Positions 25,958 through 33,712 of a stretch of 37,689 nt of DNA are shown here, in pieces. This DNA is from Candidatus Woesearchaeota archaeon (GTDB lineage: Archaea; Nanobdellota; Nanobdellia; Woesearchaeales; WJKL01): contig JAZGHU010000012.1 of NCBI GenBank assembly GCA_036481345.1, positions 1 to 37,689 on the forward strand, given 5' to 3'. The position numbers and the translations under genes were made by a program. Position 1 is the stretch's first letter. Every line of letters starts with the position of its first letter. The notes beneath the pieces are model-generated. The model did no database searches. It saw only the letters and a program-made list of their open reading frames with translations, and was not told the DNA's origin.

Positions 25958-27178
25958 CTATTCGTATCTCAATGCGTCTACTGGGTTAAGTTTTGATGCT
26001 TGTATTGCAGGGAAAAGTCCTGATAATGTTCCTACTAAGAATGCAAATACTAGGCAGCCAATAACAAGCCAAGCAGGGAATGCTGGGCGAATCATTGAAA
26101 GGCCAACTGATGCTGTTATTGCTCCACCAAGTCTTGCAATTAAGTAGCCAAGTATGACCCCTATTGCTCCCCCTACAAGACCGAGAATTCCTGATTCAGC
26201 TACAAAAACAAAAAGTATGAATTTATTTTTAGCTCCAATTGATTTCATTATACCTATCTCTTGAGTTCTTTCTAAGATAGAAGTATACATTGTATTTGCT
26301 ATATTAACAGCAGCAACAACTACTGAGATTAATGCAATTATGACTAAGACTCCATTTAGAACAAGGATTATGTTTGTGAATGTTTTAAGTACATCTTCAA
26401 ATGTTTGAACTGTGAAGTCTTCTTCTCCTTCTCTCAATCCCCTATGTTTTCTAAATCTTTCTTCTATTTTTTCAGCTAATAATGCTGCGTTTTGATCTGG
26501 AGCAGCCCTTATGTAAACATATTCAAATTCATCTATGTCAAATATCTCTTCAAATCCTTCTTGAGAGATATAGAATTGAGCGTCATCAGCAGGAGAGCCA
26601 ATTTCTTCATAGATGCCCATTACTTCAACTTCAATATCATTAATTTCAACTTTATCCCCTACTTTAATTGCTTTTTTGAATAATCTATTTGGAACAGAGT
26701 TGCTGTATCCTGCAGTTGCCTTTAGAACATCTCCTTTTTTCAAGGCTCTGCCATCCATTATTTCAATTCCACCAAACATCTCTTCTACTAGTCTTTTTTC
26801 TTTGCTGTCTGTTGAAAGACCTATCACAAAAGGATAAACTTCTTTAAAATCTTTAAATTTAATTTTTCCTGTGCTTATATACATGCCTGTAACTTCGTCA
26901 ACTCCATTTATTTTTTTTAGAAATTCAACTTCATCTTTTGTAAATAAGATATTGCTTGTTCCAGGAGGCGATGTCAAGCCTCCGCCAGGCATCAAGAATA
27001 TCTTATCTGTTCCTTGTTCTTGGGCAAACGCACCAATCCAACTATTCAGCCCCTGCCCAAAGCTGACGAGTGCAAAGATTGCAGTGATTCCTATAAGGAT
27101 AGAGAGGATTGTAAGAAAACTTCTCATTTTTCTGTTCCAAAGATTGTTTATTGAATATTTTAGTATGTCTTTTATCAT
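25958..27178 (-). CDS. ABC transporter permease, MacB/FtsX family
   Basis: RSFLTILSILIG, large extracellular domain, NIANTMYTSILERTQEIGIMKSIGA, PAIQASKLNPVDALRYE. Confidence 0.93.
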   Translation of the reverse strand: MIKDILKYSINNLWNRKMRSFLTILSILIGITAIFALVSFGQGLNSWIGAFAQEQGTDKIFLMPGGGLTSPPGTSNILFTKDEVEFLKKINGVDEVTGMYISTGKIKFKDFKEVYPFVIGLSTDSKEKRLVEEMFGGIEIMDGRALKKGDVLKATAGYSNSVPNRLFKKAIKVGDKVEINDIEVEVMGIYEEIGSPADDAQFYISQEGFEEIFDIDEFEYVYIRAAPDQNAALLAEKIEERFRKHRGLREGEEDFTVQTFEDVLKTFTNIILVLNGVLVIIALISVVVAAVNIANTMYTSILERTQEIGIMKSIGAKNKFILFVFVAESGILGLVGGAIGVILGYLIARLGGAITASVGLSMIRPAFPAWLVIGCLVFAFLVGTLSGLFPAIQASKLNPVDALRYE

Positions 27179-27183
27179 CAGCC

Positions 27184-27256
27184 TTTTCCCTCGCTTCGTT
27201 CGGCAAAACCCTGGGGAAAATTTCCCAGTACCATTTTCGCTTCGCTCAAACGGGAC
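27184..27256. repeat. GC-rich three-hairpin insert between the permease genes (REP/MITE-like)
   Basis: TCGCTTCG(T/C)TC occurs twice (27191, 27237), each capping a stem, flanking ctggg-gaaaattt-cccag. Confidence 0.7.
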
Positions 27257-27278
27257 GATTTAATTTCATATTTATTTA

Positions 27279-28502
27279 TCATTTTGCCTGTCTTATGGCG
27301 TCTACTGGATTAAGTTTTGCTGCTCTTATTGCCGGGATTGTTCCGAAAACAGAACCTAAAATAAATGAAAATAATAATGCTCCAATGATCAGTCCTGGAG
27401 AGAAGTGAGCTGAGATCAAGTCTGTTCCTAATGCAATCCTTCCCACAGCTGAAAGTCCTGCTGCGATCAAAACTCCAAGAATAATTCCGATTGCCCCTCC
27501 AACTGTTCCTAAAAATCCTGATTCTACAAAAAATAAAGTAAATATTGTTGAGTTTTTAGCTCCAATCGACTTCATTATTCCAATTTCTTTTGTTCTTTCA
27601 ACAACTGCTGTGTACATTGTGTTCATTATTCCAATGCCTCCGACAATAATTGAGATTCCTGCTATTATGTATACAAAAATTTGTATTCCCAAGATAACTG
27701 AATTAACACTTTCAATAATTGATTGGGGTGTTTCTACTGAGAAATCTTCTTCTCCCTCATCAACATCTCTTATTTTTCTTAGTTTTTTTTCTATGTCTGT
27801 TTTTATTTTTTCTATGTCTTTAGATTCATCAAATTGAACTGCTATGATATCATATTCATCATCTGGCCTGCCAACTAGATTTCTTAGATCATCTTCATTG
27901 AGAAAGACTGTTCCGTCTAATTGGAAATTTCCTTTTTTCTCCATTATTCCAACAACTTTGAATTCCCTATCCAAGACTTCTACTTTAGCTCCTGGAAGAA
28001 TTGCTTTTCCAAATCCATTGTCTTCTTCTCCGAACATCGCTCCTAAGAAAACAGAACCAGATTCCCCGTCTTCTAGAAGTCTTCCTTTTTCTTCTTTCAT
28101 ATTCATGAGATGCTCCATAACATCCCTGTCTTCTCCATCAGGCATAGATAGAGCAAATCCGAATCCAGCTTGTTTATTGTAAACAAGTTTTCCTGATTCA
28201 AATATTCTCCCTGCTACCTCCATAACTCCTTGAACATCGTCTATTGCATTAATTTCTTTTTCTGTCAAGGGGTCGGCAACACCTGTTCCAGGAGGTCCGA
28301 ATCCTCCGCTAGCTATTACAGATAAGATATCTGTTCCTAAGAATCCAAATTGGGAATTTATTGTCTCTCTCAGACCTTCTCCTAATCCTATTAGAGCTAC
28401 GACTGAGGCTATTCCTATGAATATACCAATCATAGTAAGCCAAGATATTATCTTTCTATGCCTCAGAGTATCTAATGCAAATTTAATGTAATCTTTTACC
28501 AT
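27279..28502 (-). CDS. ABC transporter permease, MacB/FtsX family
   Basis: SWLTMIGIFIG, GGIGIMNTMYTAVVERTKEIGIMKSIGA, PAIRAAKLNPVDA. Confidence 0.93.
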   Translation of the reverse strand: MVKDYIKFALDTLRHRKIISWLTMIGIFIGIASVVALIGLGEGLRETINSQFGFLGTDILSVIASGGFGPPGTGVADPLTEKEINAIDDVQGVMEVAGRIFESGKLVYNKQAGFGFALSMPDGEDRDVMEHLMNMKEEKGRLLEDGESGSVFLGAMFGEEDNGFGKAILPGAKVEVLDREFKVVGIMEKKGNFQLDGTVFLNEDDLRNLVGRPDDEYDIIAVQFDESKDIEKIKTDIEKKLRKIRDVDEGEEDFSVETPQSIIESVNSVILGIQIFVYIIAGISIIVGGIGIMNTMYTAVVERTKEIGIMKSIGAKNSTIFTLFFVESGFLGTVGGAIGIILGVLIAAGLSAVGRIALGTDLISAHFSPGLIIGALLFSFILGSVFGTIPAIRAAKLNPVDAIRQAK

Positions 28503-29758
28503 TTACCGAAGATTTTCTTTCCTTTCTTTTTCTGTCTCCAGATGTAGACTCCCAGGCCTCCTATGACGATGATAAAGATTATTACTCCTCCAATACTTCT
28601 TTCTCTTGATAATCCGTATTTTTTAGCTTCTAAAGAGGAATATTGTCTTAATTCTAGATTTTCTGTTAAGGAATATTTATTGTTGTTTGAGTCCATGTAT
28701 TCGATTACTAATGGTAGCGGAACTATGTCTTTTCTACTTTTGACATAAAGGTTGAATTCAGCTGTTTCATAATCATCTGAATCAATGTTCCCGATGTAGA
28801 CTTCTGCAGGAGAGATAATCTCATAATTCTTTGATTCTTTTAATTTGATATTAAGGAATTTTATGTCTGTAACTCCTTTATTTACGAATCTCATCGTCAC
28901 CTTTCCCCCTTTGTTCACCCCATAGATCTCAGAAGATTCAATTCCTACATATATGTCTGGCTTGTCTCCAACAATCAAACTGATTATATCGCTTTTTTCA
29001 TATTTTGTTCCGGCTTCATCATAATATGAAACATCTAATGGAATTTTGTATGCTTGTGAGTCAGCATCAGCCATTGCCATTATATCAAAGACTACAACTG
29101 TTTCTTCTTTTGAATCAAGTTGATAGATCTTTTTTTCAGTGGTTGATCTTATTGGAACAAATGGAATATCTTCTGAGCTCAGATCTATCTTTACTTTTAA
29201 ATCTTTGACTAATGAATCAGCCAGATTTCTTATCTTGAATTTAAGTTTTGCTTTTTGTCCAGGTGGCACCATTTCGGGAATGGACTCGACTTCGTCGATT
29301 TGCAAAACAATATCATCTGTTCTGACTCTTATCACAAAATCTTCAACATATGTCCATCGATCAGACATTTCTCCAAATTTGTATCTTATGTCAATAAAAT
29401 TGTCTCCTTCTACTGCATTTTCGTCAACTTTGAGTTCATAGTGAACAATGACGCCTTCGTCTCCCTGCTGGTATGCCTGCATAGAGCCGATATTTTCTTC
29501 AGCAGATCCAGTATACATAGAGAACGGATATTCAGGCAGGACTTCAAAGATTATATCTTCTGTTCCTCCTCCGCCTTTGTTCTCTATTTTGAACCTTAGA
29601 TCAAGAATCCCACCAGGAGATGCTGGATCTGGCTCTTGACTTATCAGGGTTACCTGTAGTCTTGCAGAGTCTGCTACAATTAGTCCATGTGCTATTGAAG
29701 CAACCCCCAATGTTATCAATAGGCATAATGCCAATATTGCTAGTTTTTTTGTTTTCAT
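28496..29758 (-). CDS. COG1361 S-layer-like / CARDB-repeat surface protein
   Basis: Signal peptide, QEPDPASPG...IENKGG Ig-like repeats, YIGNIDSDDYE, C-terminal TM helix with basic tail. Confidence 0.85.
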   Translation of the reverse strand: MKTKKLAILALCLLITLGVASIAHGLIVADSARLQVTLISQEPDPASPGGILDLRFKIENKGGGGTEDIIFEVLPEYPFSMYTGSAEENIGSMQAYQQGDEGVIVHYELKVDENAVEGDNFIDIRYKFGEMSDRWTYVEDFVIRVRTDDIVLQIDEVESIPEMVPPGQKAKLKFKIRNLADSLVKDLKVKIDLSSEDIPFVPIRSTTEKKIYQLDSKEETVVVFDIMAMADADSQAYKIPLDVSYYDEAGTKYEKSDIISLIVGDKPDIYVGIESSEIYGVNKGGKVTMRFVNKGVTDIKFLNIKLKESKNYEIISPAEVYIGNIDSDDYETAEFNLYVKSRKDIVPLPLVIEYMDSNNNKYSLTENLELRQYSSLEAKKYGLSRERSIGGVIIFIIVIGGLGVYIWRQKKKGKKIFGKW

Positions 29759-30459
29759 TTCTTACCACCTTTATGTTTAGTTTTGATTATAACACCATCT
29801 TTTAGATAATCTACTCTTCCTGCACATTGTACAAGATGAGCATCGTGTGTGACCATGATAATTGTCTTTCCTTCGTCTTTATTAAGTTTGCAAAGGAAAT
29901 CCATTACTAATCTTCCTGTTTTTGAATCAAGATTTCCTGTTGGTTCGTCTGCTAGGATAACTTCAGGATCATTTGCCAATGATCTTGCTATTGCAACTCT
30001 TTGCTGCTGGCCTCCTGACATTTCTGTTGGCTTGTGATCCATTCTGTCTCCTAATTCTACCATTTTCAAAAGCTTTTCAGCTCTTGTTATTCTTTTTTGA
30101 ATAGGAGTTCCTTGGAACATCATAGGAAGCATTACATTTTCTTTTGCTGAGAGAGTAGGGATAAGGTTGAATTGCTGGAAAATAAAGCCAATTCTTCTTC
30201 CTCTAAGATTAGCTAGATTAGATTCACTTAATTTAGAGATATCTTTTCTGTCTAAGAAGATTTTTCCTTTTGTCGGGATGTCTAAGGCACCGATCATGTT
30301 TACTGCAGTTGATTTTCCAGAGCCAGAAGGACCCATTATTGCTACAAACTCTCCATCTTTGATCTCAAAATTCATCCCTCTAAGAGCATGAACTTCTACT
30401 TCGCCCATCTTGTATGTTTTCCATACATCTACTATCTTGATTATTGTGGGTGCAGTCAT
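29755..30459 (-). CDS. ABC transporter ATP-binding protein, LolD/MacB family
   Basis: GPSGSGKST, IGFIFQQFNL, MSGGQQQRVAIAR, LADEPTGNLD, VTHD. Confidence 0.96.
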   Translation of the reverse strand: MTAPTIIKIVDVWKTYKMGEVEVHALRGMNFEIKDGEFVAIMGPSGSGKSTAVNMIGALDIPTKGKIFLDRKDISKLSESNLANLRGRRIGFIFQQFNLIPTLSAKENVMLPMMFQGTPIQKRITRAEKLLKMVELGDRMDHKPTEMSGGQQQRVAIARSLANDPEVILADEPTGNLDSKTGRLVMDFLCKLNKDEGKTIIMVTHDAHLVQCAGRVDYLKDGVIIKTKHKGGKK

Positions 30460-30593
30460 TTCTTATCCTCCATTGCCCTTTTTATAAGGAATTCAAAACC
30501 ATGAGAACGATTAGCAAAGATTTTTTCCTCTATTTTTAAATCTAACCATTTTAGAAGTTCTTTGTCGGTTGTTACTGTTATACGTTCTTTCAC
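30456..30593 (-). CDS. 45-aa ribbon-helix-helix protein heading the ABC operon (not in ORF track)
   Basis: GTG start: MKERITVTTDKELLKWLDLKIEEKIFANRSHGFEFLIKRAMEDKK*; ATGA overlap with the ATPase; AGGT upstream. Confidence 0.82.
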   Translation of the reverse strand: MKERITVTTDKELLKWLDLKIEEKIFANRSHGFEFLIKRAMEDKK

Positions 30594-30605
30594 TGTGAAT
30601 ACCTA

Positions 30606-30653
30606 TTACATACTTTTACATACTCTTTATGATAATTACTTACTAAGTATGCA
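30606..30653. promoter_or_regulatory. TTAC(A/T)TACT repeats on a 10-bp phase plus an inverted copy (putative operator)
   Basis: ttacatact at 30606 and 30616, ttacttact at 30636, inverted agtatgca at 30646; next to the minus-strand TATA ttttatata (about 30658-30666). Confidence 0.6.
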
Positions 30654-30739
30654 CTACTATATAAAACTTTCCTTTGATGTTTTTGAAACGATTAGTAATT
30701 ATAGTAAATTTTATAAGAGGCAACTGATTTTTCTGTTCT

Positions 30740-31309
30740 ATGAAAGAAGAAAAAAAGAAATTAATCATCAGCCTATTTATTGTGTTTATTATGGTCAGCA
30801 GTGGTATTGGCTATATGTTTGGTAAAGATGGTGGAGAAAAATATAAATATAATGATCACTCTTTTTTGAAAAGAGGAAATGAATGGGTATTGAAAGTAGA
30901 TGGAGGAGAATTAGTTTTTAGTTATTTTCCTGAGACTGTTGAGAACATTGATCTAAATTTTGATATTTCTGCTCTTAATGGATTGGTTGAGATTGATACC
31001 ACTTCTGATCCTGATGATAAATTTAAAGGGAAAATTGCTGAGGCTCAGTATAAGATGCAAGATGTTTTAGGAAAAGCATCAAATACATATATTTTAAATG
31101 GAATGACTGATGAAAATGATTTTAATATGCCAATAATTGGTTGTGATAAAGCAACAAGTTTAGTCCCTGTAATATATTTTAAGGAATCAAATGAGACGAA
31201 AATAGAGAAAGTTGGAGAATGTATCATTGCAGAGGCAAGATCTGAATTAGATGTTCTTGCATTAAAAGATAGGATATTATATGGTATGCTTGGGATTATA
31301 GAACAATAA
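30740..31309 (+). CDS. N-terminally membrane-anchored hypothetical protein with Cys pair
   Basis: N-terminal TM helix; YNDHSF...W; IGCDKA..LVPVIYFKESNETKI...CI. Confidence 0.85.
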   Translation: MKEEKKKLIISLFIVFIMVSSGIGYMFGKDGGEKYKYNDHSFLKRGNEWVLKVDGGELVFSYFPETVENIDLNFDISALNGLVEIDTTSDPDDKFKGKIAEAQYKMQDVLGKASNTYILNGMTDENDFNMPIIGCDKATSLVPVIYFKESNETKIEKVGECIIAEARSELDVLALKDRILYGMLGIIEQ

Positions 31310-31337
31310 ACTAAAGTAATTGAAAATCAATTACAGG

Positions 31338-31364
31338 GTTTGCAATTGCTATGCAATGGCAAAC
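31338..31364. repeat. Intergenic triloop hairpin
   Basis: gtttgc-a-attgc-TAT-gcaat-g-gcaaac. Confidence 0.6.
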
Positions 31365-31396
31365 TTTAAAAAAACCAAATTCTAAGGTGTATATAT

Positions 31397-32221
31397 ATGG
31401 GAGAAGAACAACCAAAGCCAGAAGGTGGAGAAGCAAAACCTCCAGAAGGACAACCAGCTCCTGAAGGCGAGGCAAAACCTCCAGAAGCTCCTAAGCCTGA
31501 AGAAGGTGGAGGAGAATCAAATCAAGGGGCTGAAACGGCCAGCGGGGGAGAAAAACAAGCAGAACCTCCAAAAGAAGATCCTTCTATTGAAAATAAAGTC
31601 AAATTAGATATCATTAAAAAAATATTAGATGACAAACCAAAAGAAGCTCCTCAACCAAGAGTAGAAGTAGTGAATGTTGAAGGAGGAGAAGGACAACCTC
31701 AAGGCGAAGCACTAAATCCAGAAGGGCAACCTATGCCTCAAGAAGGAGGACAACCTCCAGAAGGAGGAGATGCAGGGGGAGGACAACCAGCAGGAGAAAA
31801 GCCAAATTATAAAGAGATCGCAAAAAAAGTAGGAATTATTGCTGGAATTGTATTAGCTGTTTTTTTAATCATATTTCTTGGAGCAAAAGCATTAAGAGGA
31901 CCAACAGGAGCCACTATTGAAGAAGTTGAAGTTCAAGAAGAAGATTCAGAAGAACAAGATGTAAAAGAACTTTATAATAAATTAAGTGAAAAAGCAGGGT
32001 TAGTTGAAGAGGAAGAAGAAGAGCAAGAGGAAGAACCTGAAGAAGAGACAGAGGAAGAAGAAGTTGTTGAAGAAAAAGAATCTTCAGAAGGAATATTAAG
32101 TGGAATAAGGGGCATTCTTAATAACTTATTAGGTGGAGATGAAGAGAAAGAGACAGAGGAAGAAGAAACTTCTGAGTCTAAAAGCGGAATATTAGCAGGG
32201 TTAACAAAATTAATAGGATAA
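31397..32221 (+). CDS. Single-pass membrane protein with Pro/Glu/Gly-rich and Glu-rich disordered halves
   Basis: PEG(G)/QP repeats, one TM helix followed by PTGATI, duplicated GIL(S/A)G motif. Confidence 0.85.
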   Translation: MGEEQPKPEGGEAKPPEGQPAPEGEAKPPEAPKPEEGGGESNQGAETASGGEKQAEPPKEDPSIENKVKLDIIKKILDDKPKEAPQPRVEVVNVEGGEGQPQGEALNPEGQPMPQEGGQPPEGGDAGGGQPAGEKPNYKEIAKKVGIIAGIVLAVFLIIFLGAKALRGPTGATIEEVEVQEEDSEEQDVKELYNKLSEKAGLVEEEEEEQEEEPEEETEEEEVVEEKESSEGILSGIRGILNNLLGGDEEKETEEEETSESKSGILAGLTKLIG

Positions 32222-32252
32222 TTATTAAAAACTAATATCTAAGTTGATTTAT

Positions 32253-32891
32253 ATGGATAAAAATACTAAGAAGATTTTGGAATTTGTTGTGATAATAATA
32301 ATAGTATTTGCTTTGACTTTTTTAGCTAGGTATTTTTATGATGATGAAGCAACAACACTAGATGAATTGCATAGAAAAAATTTAGAAGGAGAAAAAGTTG
32401 GAACTAATTATGTTTATGATGGATTTTCTTTTGTTTTTGTAGATAATTTATGGTATACGCAGGTTCAAAGAAAAGGCGATACTATCCTGGATATTCCCCT
32501 CCATTTTGGACCAAAAGAGTTAGAAAATATTTCTATTATTGGAGAAAATTGGAAGTTGGAGGACCCTGAAGTTTACCTTACATTTGATCCTGATGAAGGA
32601 AATAATTTCAAATTTACTACGTTAGCAATTCTTGAATTGAGTTTGAATTTGGCAAAAGGTATGGAAATAAAACCAGTTGCTGCATGCACTAAGAATGAAA
32701 CTTCTGCTTGTATAGACAGGCCTATTGTTACATGTGCAAGCAAAGATAAAGCTGTTATTTATCTGAAGCAGACTAATGAGAGTGGAAAAGTAAAGCTTAA
32801 TGGAAATTGTGTTGAATTGAGTGGAGAAGATTGGGAATTGGTCAAGGCAACAGACAGATTCTTGCTTCAGTGGTATGGGGTTATGAAGTAA
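32253..32891 (+). CDS. Membrane-anchored hypothetical protein, paralogue of 30740..31309
   Basis: TM helix; YDGFSF...W; VTCASKDKAVIYLKQTNESGKV...NCV; four Cys. Confidence 0.85.
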   Translation: MDKNTKKILEFVVIIIIVFALTFLARYFYDDEATTLDELHRKNLEGEKVGTNYVYDGFSFVFVDNLWYTQVQRKGDTILDIPLHFGPKELENISIIGENWKLEDPEVYLTFDPDEGNNFKFTTLAILELSLNLAKGMEIKPVAACTKNETSACIDRPIVTCASKDKAVIYLKQTNESGKVKLNGNCVELSGEDWELVKATDRFLLQWYGVMK

Positions 32892-32897
32892 TGGCTA

Positions 32898-32959
32898 CAA
32901 CTGGTTACGCTCAGTTGACACGCAAAATTAAGTGAGACATTGACTTTGTCAAGTCTCAC
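32898..32959. repeat. Two intergenic triloop hairpins
   Basis: caactg-gttacgct-cagttg (32898-32917) and gtgagac-a-ttgac-TTT-gtcaa-gtctcac (32932-32959). Confidence 0.7.
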
Positions 32960-32974
32960 GAAGAAGATTCAAAA

Positions 32975-33268
32975 ATGACAATAAGCAAGACTGAATGGGA
33001 AAAGATGGTCCGAAAGGCTGATTTTAAAGCTCGACAACAAGTGATGCATGAAAGAAATGCCCTCAGAAGATTTGTCAATACATTGAAAAGAGCCCTTACT
33101 TTTGAACTTCTCATCGGGTTGATTGCTGCTTTTTCTTTATATGTCTATTTTGGATGGGATGCATTGTTTAAGACCTTATTGAACTGGGTAATAGGTATAA
33201 CTATGGTCAGTACTGTAATTACAATAATGGTTGATAAATATAAGAAGCTGCTACATTTGAATAAATGA
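32975..33268 (+). CDS. Small membrane protein with two TM helices
   Basis: Basic N-terminal helix followed by two hydrophobic segments. Confidence 0.75.
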   Translation: MTISKTEWEKMVRKADFKARQQVMHERNALRRFVNTLKRALTFELLIGLIAAFSLYVYFGWDALFKTLLNWVIGITMVSTVITIMVDKYKKLLHLNK

Positions 33269-33312
33269 TCTGTTGCTAAAAATATTTATATCAAAACAAT
33301 TTCTAAAAATAT

Positions 33313-33669
33313 ATGACTTCACTGATTGCCAGCGTAGGAAGTGGAAAAGGAACATGGTCTCATCTACAGCAAGTGATAGAAAAACAAGAATGGGATAATG
33401 TCTATCTTATAACAGATGAATTTGGCAAAGAAAATTTCAAGCCGAACAAGCAGGTTGAATTTATTATGATTAATTCAAACAGTATTCTGGAAAATTTAGT
33501 TGAAGATATAAAACAACAATTACAAAACAAAATTCTGGATACAGAAGTTGCAATAAATTTGATATCAGGAACAGGCAAAGAGCATATGGCAATTCTTTCT
33601 GCAGTTCTAAAATTAGGATTAGGAATCAGACAAATGGCATTAACACCTGATGGAATTAAGGAAATATAA
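33313..33669 (+). CDS. Stand-alone CARF-like Rossmannoid protein
   Basis: LIASVGSG after beta-1, VYLITD, and VAINLISGTGKEHMA resembling CARF motif II (NxTGGxK); own TATA tttatat. The CDS is solid; the CARF call is less certain. Confidence 0.65.
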   Translation: MTSLIASVGSGKGTWSHLQQVIEKQEWDNVYLITDEFGKENFKPNKQVEFIMINSNSILENLVEDIKQQLQNKILDTEVAINLISGTGKEHMAILSAVLKLGLGIRQMALTPDGIKEI

Positions 33670-33712
33670 TTAGGGCAAAACTTTTAAATAGTCTTGTCTG
33701 TTTTATTTTAAT

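Noticed and set aside
27151-27408. ORFs spanning the hairpin insert between the permeases
   Set aside because: Antisense to both permeases; the minus-strand ATG near 27269 stops after 7 codons.
30562-30825. 87-aa + strand ORF from the track
   Set aside because: TTG start; it overlaps the better-supported RHH gene, its operator, both divergent promoters and the next gene out of frame.
31397-32221. GAA/CCAGAAGG-rich repeats as a DNA repeat element
   Set aside because: Explained by the low-complexity Pro/Glu/Gly protein sequence.
33337-33354. GSGKGT as an adenylate-kinase-like Walker A motif
   Set aside because: It lacks the first Gly of GxxGxGK spacing and the rest of an NMP-kinase fold; the protein is too short and fits a CARF-like pattern better.
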